Below are positions 52,930 through 64,000 of a DNA stretch of 64,000 nucleotides, piece after piece. Under the pieces are notes generated by a model. The model saw only the letters and a list, made by a program, of their open reading frames with translations, made no database searches and was not told where the DNA came from. How positions within the stretch are numbered: position 1 is the first letter of the stretch; the number at the start of each line of letters is the position of its first letter. The DNA is from Camelus dromedarius (taxonomy: Eukaryota), in assembly GCF_036321535.1 (NCBI RefSeq), contig NC_087437.1, positions 6,386,001 through 6,450,000 of the forward strand. The letters run 5' to 3'. The translations under genes were made by a program, and so were the position numbers.

Positions 52930-54110
52930 GGTTTGCTTATCTACCCGGAAGATGTAAGAGAATCAACTGAAAGCTGTTATAATGCACAGAATGAGAAAGT
53001 GACTGGTTACAAAATACACACAAAAAAATCAATTGCTCTTCTATTTACCAGCAATCGTCTGGTAGAAAAAATACACACACAAACACATGCCCACACACAT
53101 ACAAACACACAGGAAAATCCTATTCACAACAACAAAAAATAAAATACTGTGGGGCTGAATAGAAGACCAAATGATAAAGCTTCTCATATCTGTGGAGAAG
53201 GAAGTAGTATTGAGAAAACGAGCTAATCAAAAAGCTTAAAAATTTTTGTACCCTCTACTTCATGCTATACAACTGAATGTGTTCTGCAGTAACTGCAAAC
53301 CCCAAATTTTAAACTATGAAAATACTTGAAGATATGTTAATAGCTGTATGACCATAAAGTAGAAAAGCCTGCAAGATAAATAAAGGAAGAGCAAGATTGA
53401 ACTACATACAGTGTTAAAAACTGTAAGAAGACAGGAGAAGGGGGATGAGTCACATACACCCAAATAAAGCTATTAAAGGAGAAGATGATAATACCCAGTA
53501 GGTAGAGGGCCCCTCAAACAGCTTTGCTGTACTAAAGGATAGAGTGATACAACCTTTCTGGTGCACAATTTGGCCAAGTGTATCAAAACTGTGAAACACG
53601 GGCGTATTTTTGACCCGATTAATCCATTCGACAACTCTTCAAAAATAAATAATAATGCATAGGCACAAGGGGATGTTAGCTGCAACAGTGTCCAGTGCTA
53701 TCACTGCTTGTCATAAAGACTGAGAGGAATCTAGGGGTCCAAGAATGGAGGGCTACTTATGGTCCATTCATCCAACGATACGGTATGGAGTGACCAAAAA
53801 GTATGTGGAAGAGTAGCAACAGTAGTAACATAAAATATTAAGTGAAAAACAAATGCAAGGAACAAAATAGTATGAATCACTTTGACTTAAAAAATAGTTT
53901 TATCTACACATATGCATGTTTATCGCTGTATATCTATTATATACACACACAGCACAGGATTAAGAAAATTAAAATTAACTCAAAATTAGTTAAGAGAAAT
54001 GGAGACTGGAGAAGGGAGACAATTTATCCCAAGCCTCCCCACACCATACACATCTACCTATCAATGAGCACTTGTACTATTAAGACTCTTGGATTTCATG
54101 AAGAAAAAGA
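52930..54110 (+). mobile_element. Ancient L1 ORF2/3' fragments
   Basis: Translates as VTGYKIHTKKSIALLFTSN; later gatacaacctttctggtgcacaatttggc is L1ME-like. Confidence 0.55.
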
Positions 54111-55365
54111 AGCATAGTTCCATGAATACAGTGGCCAAAACCAGAAATAGTGGTACCATCTACCCACCTCCTATCAATGCACTTTTGCCCTCACCCTCCA
54201 AACTCTACCACGGATCCAGGGCGATCAACCCACTATCTCACCCCAAGATGGCAAGAGATACAATGCAATGTTAGTACCTCCTCCTGGACTCCTGCAGGGT
54301 ACCTGCTAGCACAGCTCTAATGGCAGCATTCTGGGAAACTCTCAAGGGGTTGACTCTGATCCCCCCTACATATCAGCACACAGAATGCATGTCTCTGCAG
54401 CCAGAGCCTGTGGCCTGGGCTCCGTCTTCCTGCAGTGCTGTATCACCTCAACTCCATCAGAAGGTGGTATCAGACATGGGAGCTTACTTCTCAATCATCT
54501 GATTATTCTGAAGATCCACTATTCATAAGTGGAGACCTAATTACTTTTGCTTCAACCTTTTCATCTTACTTAGGGACAAAATGTTTAGTAACACTAAAAC
54601 ATAAAACATTCCCAGTAACCCGCATCTGTTACTTGGCTTTCTAAACTAGCAGTTGCACTACAAATCTGACTATTTTCAGCCTCACTCAAAGCAAGATGAT
54701 CCTGAAGAGAACTTTAAAAATATCCAATAGTCAAGGTAATTATTTTGATCATTTTTATAAAATTTCCACAATAGGCATATTTTTTGTAGTAAGGAAAAAC
54801 ATTTTTTTCCCTAACAGCCAGCTAGATTATCATTTTGTGATTATTTGACCTAAGATATTCACACAAAGCAGCATTTTCTTTACAGAGCTATACCACAACT
54901 AGCTTGTTATCAGTAACATATACAACTAAATCCAATCCATTTTAAAAAGTAAATTAGTCTTCTAAATGTAGATTTCATGACCCATAAAAAGCTCAAGATA
55001 AGCATTCTTGTCAATACAAATTTACGGAAAATTTACAATCATCCGTAATGCCTATTTCATATCCCTTTTGTTTCAAGAAAGTAATCCAGTAACCACCTTT
55101 CCCAGGCAACTGAGATAAGAAAAATAATAAATCTCCAATTTCTCATTGAGTCAGCCACAGATGCCAATGAGAACAACGACTGTATGATACTATGTTTAGA
55201 TGTTTTTCATCCAAACTAATGGACATTTAATGAGCACCTACTGCATGCCAGGCCTATACCAGATGCTAAAGACACAAAATGCTAACACACATACCCCGTA
55301 CTACAGTTATATGTCTAGTCAAGGCACAGGCATTATGAATATAAATATTTTAAAACACACACACA

Positions 55366-55678
55366 CACGACCCGAATCCCTCACCTCCAACTCCAAAAAT
55401 CCCAAAATCCCTAAAAACTAAAATTTATTTTCTAAAGTGTCACCCTAACATGGCCTAACTAGTGTGAGGCTTTTTATAGTCTTTTTCATTCTGCTTAGTG
55501 TGAGTACGTATAATTTCGCTGAGAAAATTGCTGTGCATGACTATGGGGTGAATCCTCCTATCCACAGGAGGTTTCATGATACACAGCATATGCACCATAT
55601 TAATTTTCTAAATTCCACAAACACTTCACTTCTGAGACATATGCCACCATGGTTTTCGGATAAGGGGCTAGAGACCAG
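55366..55678 (-). mobile_element. MER46C (TcMar-Tigger) inserted in an L2 3' end
   Basis: gtgaggctttttatagtcttt...cttagtgtgagta, atatgcaccatatta and ggttttcggataagggg match MER46C reversed. Confidence 0.75.
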
Positions 55679-56185
55679 GTTTAGAGGATGCAAAGAAAGA
55701 TGGACTATTTCACGGAGCAAATGAGTCAGGTGAAGAAGGTACAAGCTATAGTCAAAGAAGCCTTCAGAAAAAGGTGATCTTGTTCTGGATTTCATAACAC
55801 TATGACTGAAAATTTTAAACTAATTCTTTCACATCACCACCAAAGATATCTTTCTTTTATTTCTACAGCCTTGCTTTCTTGTTTTGAAAGATCTAAGCTG
55901 CCAAACCATATTGAGTCAGATTTAATTCTCCAAAAGGATAAGAGCATTATTATACAATTCTGTCTTTTCATCCAAAAAGCACAAACTTTCTGTTTTCTTG
56001 GCTCGTATAGCCTTATACTAAATAAATGAGTAGTTTCCAGTTAAGTTCATTCAAATATAGTCAGCCTTGATCACATGGAGATGACCAACTACAGTGTAGG
56101 TTATCCACAGTAGAACGTAATATCCAACACATACATGATAGTATTAACTACCTGCCAGAGACTAAGTACTTTATGTATATATATA

Positions 56186-56504
56186 TAGTCGGCCCTCCAT
56201 ATTCTTGGGTTCTGCGTCCACAGATGTGATCAATCACAAATCAAAAATATTCAGGGAAAAAATAAAATTGCAGAAAGTCCAAAAAAGCAAAACTTGAATT
56301 TGCCAGGCTCTGGCAATCATTCACATAAGACTTACATTGTATTAGGTATTATCAGTACTCTACAGATGATTTAAAGTGTACAGGAGGAGATGTGTGTTAT
56401 ATGCAAATACTATGCCATTTTATATAAAGGACTTGAACATCAATAGATTTTGCTACCCATTGGGGGCCTGGAACCAATCCCCTGCTGGTACCAAGGAACA
56501 ACTG
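56186..56504 (+). mobile_element. MER2/MER2B (Tigger MITE) nested in a minus-strand MIR
   Basis: agtcggccctccatat...atgcaaatactatgccattttatataaaggacttga...ggaaccaatcccc...caactg followed by TA; MIR continues at about 56620-56745. Confidence 0.85.
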
Positions 56505-57684
56505 TATCTGTACATGTGTGTTACACATATGTATATAGCATGTACATACATAATATGTACCCCATAGGTATAACATAGGTATATTATGTTTATGTGTACA
56601 TATATACATATACACACACATATACTCATTTAATCCTCAAAACAACTTTGTGGGAGGTATTTTATCTATTATTATTATTATTATCCTCATTTTAAAGATG
56701 AGAAAAGTGAGGCACTGTGAGGCTAAGTACCTGGCCAGCATGGCATTATGACAGACATCACAACAGAGAATGAGCTTTGAGAAAACATAACAGACTTGCT
56801 GTTATACTGACTTCCTTCCCAAACTCACTATTAGCCCAGTTAATAGAAAATTAATGCCACTGGAATCAGCCACAGGCCCTCTCCCTCAACACTCTCCCTC
56901 TCCCATCTCCTTCCTCTCCCACAACTGCCCCCAGTGACAACCTCTCATTTCTGAAGTTCTAGTACACACACTGTATATTACTGCCATTCTAATGATCTGT
57001 CTGTGTTAAGAGAAATGTCTTAGAACAGGGGTACAAGCACCATTTCTCAGTCTAGTGCTGAATGGGACAAAGTTTTCAGTGGTCTGAGACAGAAAGGGGG
57101 TGGGGGAAATATGACATTTTTTAACGGAACACAAATTATTCAACTCAAAATACCATTCTTTATTCTAAAGTTGTCATTCTTACCTTCTGAGTGTTAAACA
57201 TGATAATGATGAACAATGCTTAGTTTCTTATTGTCCTTACCGGCCAAGTAAAAAGGCAGGGACCCAGTCAATCCCCCTCAAAATCCTACATGTTAGAATA
57301 ATAAACACAGAATAAGTCTACCACACACGCATGGGGGCGGGGAGGTGGAGACAGGCATAGGCAGGAAATAAAGGACTGAAAACTAGCAGGTTCAAAAGTA
57401 AACAGATACTAACATACTATGTGCACATTTAACAGTGACATGTAATCTTAGAGACCAATCCAGCAAACAAAATAAAGCAATGCAAATCCCTATCTTTTTC
57501 AGAAAAGATTACAAGCACTGAGGCAGTGGGATAAAATAGGGAAAATTTAAAAAAAATAAAAAAAGAATTACAAATTTGAATTTTAAAATGAAAGCCAAGC
57601 TCATAATTTTTAACAATAAGAAGAAGAGGATTTAAACAGAATCATTAATTTACCTTCTTCTAAAAAGGCAGTAAAGAGAAGACT

Positions 57685-57860
57685 GTTAAAAGCATGTACT
57701 CTAGAGGCAGCCCGCCAGAATCTCAGCTCTGGGCTGGCATGTGACTTTTACCCTCTGTTTCAGTTCCTTCAAAGTTGTGGTGAGGATTAAATGAGTTAAG
57801 AGACATAAAGTGCTTCGAACAGCATCTGGCACTTAGTAAGTGCTTCAAAAGTACTATCAT
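57685..57860 (+). mobile_element. MIR SINE
   Basis: gttgtggtgaggattaaatgagttaa...taaagtgcttcgaacagcatctggcacttagtaagtgc. Confidence 0.85.
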
Positions 57861-60800
57861 ACATGAACCCACCCACAAGTGGGATGGCACAAGCCCCAGG
57901 ACCCGGACTCACCCATCGGTGGGGGGCCCCAGCCCTACACATAAGCAAGCCAACATCAGCTTCAGAACACCTAGAACCCCACAGCCAGCTATGTCAGGAA
58001 TGGCCCGACCTCTACCTGAGGGCAGACACCAGCTCCAGGACCCTCAAGGCCCAGCAATCAGAGAACCTGGGACGTGGCTCCATCCACCAGCAGGCCAGCA
58101 TTAGTCCCAGGAGCCTCTGGGCCCAACTCTACCCATCTGCAGGCTGACCCAAGTTCCAACAAACCTTGGACCCCCGAGGCAGCCATCCTGCAATGTAGCC
58201 TCACTCACCAGTGGGCGAACAGCAGCTCTGGAGCACCTCAGACCCCACAGCTAGCCGTATTAGGAACCAGCCCCACCCAGCAGCAAGCCAACTCAGGATC
58301 TAGGACGTCCGGACCCACATCCACCCCAGAACCCAGCTCCACCCACCAGGGAATTAGCACTAGCCCTGGGACCCCCCCCCCAGGACCCCATAGCCAGCCA
58401 CCTCATGAACCAGCCCCACCAACAAGTCTAGAGGCCAGCCATGCCTATCAGACCACCAAGGCAGCCCACCAGAACAGAAGAACCCACCCAGCCCAAAGCA
58501 TATAGCTCTGGTGACTAAAGGGGAGGGCACTGCTGGGACACAAAGCATGTCTCCTACAAAGGGCCACTTCTCCAAGTTCAGGAAATGTAACCAACCTACC
58601 GGATACATAGAAATAAAAATAGCAAATTAGGCAAAATAAGGTGACAGTAGAATATGTTCTAAATAAAGGACGAAAATAAAACTTCAGAAAAACTAAGTGA
58701 AATGAAGATAAGTAATCGACCCAATAAAGAGTTCAAAGTAATGATCATAAAAATGATCAAATACCTTGGGAGAAGACTGCATGAACAGAATGAGAAGTTA
58801 GAATTTTTTAACAAAGAGTTGCAAAATACAAAGAACCCAAGAGTGAGCCAGAAAGAAATAGAAAATAACAAACTAATTACCAGTAATGAACTTGAATCAG
58901 TAATCACAAAATTCCCAACAAACAGAAGTCCAGGACCAGGTGAATTCTACTAAAAGTTTAGGGACAAGTTAACATCTGTCCTTCTCAAACTATTCCAAAA
59001 ATTGCAGAGGAAGGAATGCTTCCGAACTCATTCCACAAGGCCAGCATCACCCTAATATCAAAACTAGATAAAAGCATCACAATAAAAGGATTTACAGGCT
59101 AACATCCCTGATGAACACAGACGCAAAATCCTCAACAAAACATCAGCAAACCAAATTCAACAATACGTTAAAAGAATCATACACCATGATCATTGGGATT
59201 TATTCTAGAGATGGAAGGATGGTTCATTATCTGCAAGTCAATCAACATGATACATCACATTAACAAATTAAAGAATAAAGATCATATGATCATTTCAACA
59301 GACATTGGCAAAGCTTTTGACAAAATTCAACGTCCATTTATGATTAAAAGAAAAAACTCAACAAAATGAGTATAAAGGAAACATACCTCAATATAGCAAA
59401 GACCACATATGACAAGCCCATAACCAATATCAAACTCCACAGTGAAAAGCTGAAAGCATTTTCTCTAGGATCAGGAACAATACAAGGATGCTTACTCTCA
59501 ACACTTTTATTCACTGCAGTATTGGAAATTTTATTCAACATAGTATTGAAAGTTCTAGACACAGCAATCAGATAATAAAAACAAAAGGAATCCAAGTTGG
59601 AAAGGAAAAAATAAATCTCTCACTGTTTGCAGATGACAGGATACCATACATAAAAAATACAAAAAATGCTACCAAAGAACTACTAGAAATCATCAATGAA
59701 TTTAGCAAGGTTTTAGGATACAAAATTAATATACAGAAATGTGTTGCATTTCTACACACTAACAACAAACTATCAGAAAGAAAAATTAAGTAATAATTTA
59801 ATCCCATCTATAATCACATCAAAAAGAATAAAATACCTAGGAATCAATCTAAGGAGGTAAAAGACCTGGACTCAGAAAACTATATAAGACACTGATGAGA
59901 GAAACTAAAGACAACACAAACAGATGGAAACATCGATTGGAAGAAATAATGCTGTTAAAACGACCATACTATCCAGAGCAATCTACAGATTCTATGCAAT
60001 CCCTAGCAAAATACCAATGGCATTTTTCACAGAACTAGAACAAATAATTTTAATATTTGCATGGAAACACAAAAGATCCCAAAAAGTCAAAACAATCTTG
60101 AGAAAGAACAAAGCTGGAAGTATCATGCACTCTGATTTCAAACTACACTGCAAAGCTACATTAATCAAAACAGAATGGTACTGTTACAAAATAGACACAT
60201 ACAATAATGGAACAAAATAGCCCAGAAATGAACTCACACTTATATGGACAATTCCTCTATAACAAAGGAGGCACAAATATATAGTGAGGAAAAGACAGCC
60301 TCTTCAATAACTGATGTTGGGAAAAGTGAGTAACTACACGTGAAAGAATCTAGCTGGACTATTCTCTCACATCATGTACAAAAATAAATTCAAAATGGAT
60401 TAAAAATTTAAATTTAAGACCTAAAACCATAAAACTTCTAAAAGAATACATAGGCAGTAAGCTCTTTGAAATCAGTCTTAGTAATTTTTTTTTTTTTGGA
60501 TTATCTCCTTAGGCAAGGGAAACAGAAACAAAAATTAACAAATGGTACAACGTCAAACTAAAAACCTGCATAGTGAAAGAAACTATCAATGACATGAAAA
60601 GGCAACCTACTGAATGGGAGGAAATATTTCCAAATCATATTTCTGATAAGGGGATAATATCTAAAATATATAAATAATACATATAAAAACAAAAACAAAA
60701 AAATGATTAAAAAATGGGCAGAGGTTCTGAGTAGACATTTTTCTAAAGAAGACATACAGATCACCAGCAGGTACATGAAAAGATGTGCAACATCACCAAC

Positions 60801-62013
60801 CACTATGGAAATGCGAATCAAAAGCACAATGAGCTTTCACTTCACACCTGTTAGAATGGCTATTAGCAAAGAGACAACAAATAACAAGTTGTTAGCAAGG
60901 ACATAGGAAAAAGGGAACCCTTGTGCACTACTGGTGGGAATACAAATTGGTGCAGTCACTATGGAAAACAGTATGTATATTCATCAAAAAAATTAAAAAT
61001 AAAATTACCTAAGATCCAGCAATTCCATTCCTGGGTATTTGCTTGAAGAAAACAAAAACACTAACTAGAAACGATACATGCACCTCTATATTCACCGCAG
61101 CATTACTGACAATAGGCAAGATATGGAAGCAACCAAATGCTCGTCAATAGATGAATGAATAAAGATGTGGTGTATATATATATATACAATAAAATATTAC
61201 TCAGACATAAAAAAAGAATGAGATCTTGCCATTTGCGACAAAATAGATGAGCCTAGAGGATATTATGCTAGGTGAAAAGATTCAGAGAAAGACAAATACT
61301 ATATGATTTCACTTATATGTGGAATTTAAAAAACAAATGAATTAACATAACAAAACACAGATGCAAAGAACAAACAAGTAGTTTACAGAAGGTAGGGGGT
61401 GGGGGAAGGAAACAATTAGGTGGGGGAGATCAAGAGGTTCAAAGTGCCAGTTGCAAAGAAAAAAAGAATCACAAGTATGTACAGTATGGGGAATACAGTC
61501 AACAACTATATAGTATTTTTGTATGGTGATATATCGTAACTAGATTTACTGTGGTGATCATGTTGAAATGTATACAGATATCGAATCACTATCTTGTGTA
61601 ATAGAAACTAACAGTGTTGCAGGTCAATTATACTTCAGAAACAAACTCATAGAAAAAGAGATTAAATTGGTGGTTAACAGAGCCAGGGGATGGTGGAGGG
61701 GGAAATGGACGAAGGCAGAGGAAAGGTAGAAACTTTCAATTAAATAAGTGCTAGGGATGTAATTATATGATAAACATAATTAACACTGTTATATGTTATA
61801 TATGAAAGTTAAGAGAGTAAATCCTAAGAGTTGTCATCACAAGGAAAAACATTTTTTCTAATTCTTTAATTTTGTATCTATGAGATGCTGGATGTTCATT
61901 AAACTTACTGCACTATCATTTCATGATGTATGTAAGTCAAATCATTATGCTGTACACCTTAAACTTATATAGTATAGCTGTATATCAATTATGTCTCAAT
62001 AAAACTAGAAAAA
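57861..62013 (+). mobile_element. LINE-1 with 5' monomer array, ORF1 start, internal deletion, ORF2, 3' UTR and TSD
   Basis: ORF1 NKEFKVMIIKM is joined to ORF2 EIEN...ITSNELESVI...SPGP; RT motif LSLFADD is present; aataaa+polyA ends the element. TSD aaaagtactatcat (57847-57860) / aaaagtattgtcat (62014-62027). Confidence 0.92.
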
Positions 62014-63369
62014 AAAAGTATTGTCATTTTATTATTTAACATGAAAAAACAGTGGTAAAGTAAGGACAAGAACAGAGAATAAAAATTACAGCTAAAAGTA
62101 GTTGAGATTATACTCCCATACTGTTTTTTAAAAGTCAATCATTTTTATGTACGTAAAGTATATTAAGTTATACGTGATACTTTTAAACTTTTCAATTTAC
62201 ATTTTTTTAATTTAAGAAAAAAGTCAACAGGTGGAGGCACGAAATTGTTTACAAGTTTGCTTCCACGACTCAGGAATTCACTACTCAACTGAGGCCTAAT
62301 TTGGGTGATGGAAAAAGCACACACACTCAATGTTTTCACCAAAAAAACTTTCAACCCAGAGAGTATGACTCATAGCCTTTATGTTGATAAAATCCAACTA
62401 ATTACTGTTGAGCAAGTCGCGCAGCTAGAAGTACACCAAGCTCCCGTGGAAAATTCACAGGTCAGGTGATGCACACGTGGTACCTGCACTCTTCCTAGTT
62501 GAAGGAGTCCCTCCAGCTCTGCTATCTCCTCCCCTGGGCCCTGGGCTTGGCTTACTCAGCATAAGGGATTCCCCTAATGCAAGTTTTCTCAGCTCACCCT
62601 GCCATTTGCCTCTTATCTCAAGTCACCTCTACACCTACGCGAATTATTAAAAGGCACTTCTTCATTGATACATCATTTTATTTCTTAGCACACAAGTTAT
62701 CTACATCCTTGCTACTCAAGGGTGGTTCCTTGCCCAGCAGCACTTAGGAGCTTCTAGGAAATAAAGAATACAGCTGCCATCACAGATCTACTGACTCAAA
62801 ATTTTTAAACAAGAGCTCCAAGGGATTGCTTTACACGCTAATAATATATACAGACTATATAGTAATACATAGGGACTATATTTTGTTGTACAAAGAATAC
62901 AAAAGAATGACTAGGTCTAGAAATCTCAGCACAATTAGGCCCAAAGGTGTGCAAACTGCATTCTAAAGTTCCTGGCTTTAGAATTTGGTGTTGACAAGTG
63001 AAACTCCTTCCAGAAAATCATTATTCAGGAAAACAACAACACAAAAACCCACCAAAAAACCCTAAAGGATGTGAACTTTAAACATACATCATATTCCTGG
63101 AACCAAAACAACTTAACAGCAAACACTAAACAAACTGTAGGTCACTTGCAGAATCGGAAAACTGTGTTGGAGGTTTGTGTTCCTTTTTCCAGGAAAAGTA
63201 GGGGTGGGGGAGGGAAATCCACGTTCAACCTCTGCAAAGTTTCCCTCAGCTCCTGAAAGGCCCCAACTTGAACGTTCTCACAGGAAGTCGTACTCAAACA
63301 AGGGCACGTTTCCCTCCTGAAAGGGGAGAGGCTTCTGTCTCAAGTAAAGGCTGTATTTTAGAAAGTGTA

Positions 63370-64000
63370 GGGGATTCGGGGCCCGCCTGGCTTCCGGAAA
63401 TGAACAGGGAAATCCACCAAGTAGGAAGTGGAGGACCAGGCCCGCCACCGCGCTCTGCCGTCTCCCGGCGGCCGGCCTCGCGGAGACCCCCGCCGGCGGG
63501 CGTGCAGGCGGGCTGGGGCGCAGCCTCCCGGCCCGGCCGCCCGGCACCTGGGAGCCTCGCTCCCGCCCCCCAGCCCCCACGCCGGTCCGGAAGCGCACAC
63601 GGGCCGGGGGTTGGGTTCGGGGCGCGGGTCCCTGTCGGCGGCGGCGGCACCTGAGGCCTGCCCGTGAGGCGGCGGCGCGAGGGGAGGCTGGACTCCACCT
63701 GCGAGGCTGAGGGGAGACCCGGGCGGGGGCGACTGCATGTGGGGGCTGCACTGGAGGAAGGCGGAGGCGCTCAGGGGGCCGGGGCTGCTTTACGATCAGC
63801 ATCGTCATCATTATCTCGTTTTACCTGTGGCGCAGAAGGGATCCCCAGCTCCTACTCTCTGAATCCTCCTCCTCCTCCTCCCCTCCTCTCTCTCTCCCTC
63901 AGTCTCTGCCGGGCGCTTGTGGTGCCGGCCGGCCCGGACCGACCAAAAAACAGAACAGGACGGGAGGGGGCGGAGGCGGCGGTGACCAGCGGCCACGTGA
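63370..64000. promoter_or_regulatory. CpG island (promoter / first exon / start of intron 1)
   Basis: Abrupt shift to very high GC and CpG content. GC boxes at 63721-63728 and 63967-63976; ETS-like GGAA motifs at 63391-63400, 63423-63430 and 63587-63594; CACGTG E-box at 63994-63999. Confidence 0.9.
63825..64000 (-). other. Probable first (5'-UTR) exon of an unidentified minus-strand gene; may extend past the window
   Basis: Lies in the CpG island, has a (GAG)n-rich leader, ends at ...GCGCCACAG|gtaaaa, and has no ATG in the visible part. The orientation agrees with the downstream exon and with the antisense bias of the younger L1 copies. Confidence 0.65.

Noticed and set aside
57861..58435. 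CRISPR-like repeat-spacer array
   Set aside because: The units are highly degenerate and unevenly spaced, lie inside a mammalian L1, and have no cas genes nearby.
58074..58505. 143-aa mucin-like P/S/T/Q-rich ORF
   Set aside because: It arises from the C-rich L1 5' monomer array.
63268..63811. Overlapping 79-177 aa ORFs on both strands
   Set aside because: Stop-poor GC-rich CpG island sequence with low-complexity P/R/G/A translations, located downstream of the first donor.
63825..64000. Assigning a gene symbol to the host gene
   Set aside because: No coding exon is recognisable and I cannot match the UTR sequence with confidence; a BLAST search is needed.

Overview
Mammalian genomic DNA, very likely camelid (camel/alpaca). 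The evidence is tRNA-derived SINEs resembling the camelid Vic-1 family and young L1 3' ends of camelid type. The window is AT-rich and repeat-dense. It looks like the 5' end of one unidentified Pol II gene on the minus strand: a CpG-island promoter/first exon at about 63.4-64.0 kb with a CAG|GTAAAA donor at 63825, then a long intron. The intron contains a well-formed 63-nt ATG-less exon at 16335-16397 and two weaker candidate small exons. Much of the rest is L1, L2, MIR, LTR (MLT1/MLT2/LTR33) and DNA-transposon (MER20, MER94, MER2, MER46C, Tigger-like) relics. I can support no intact protein-coding CDS; the ORF track is L1 debris or chance ORFs. I found no convincing new biological system. The most interesting observations are retrotransposition anatomy (a twin-primed inverted L1, a chimeric L1 with two 3' ends, an internally deleted L1 with TSDs, an ultra-short L1 insertion) and a stop-free frame across the candidate 5' exons. 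Repeat family names come from recalled consensus sequences, not from a search, and many repeat boundaries are approximate.
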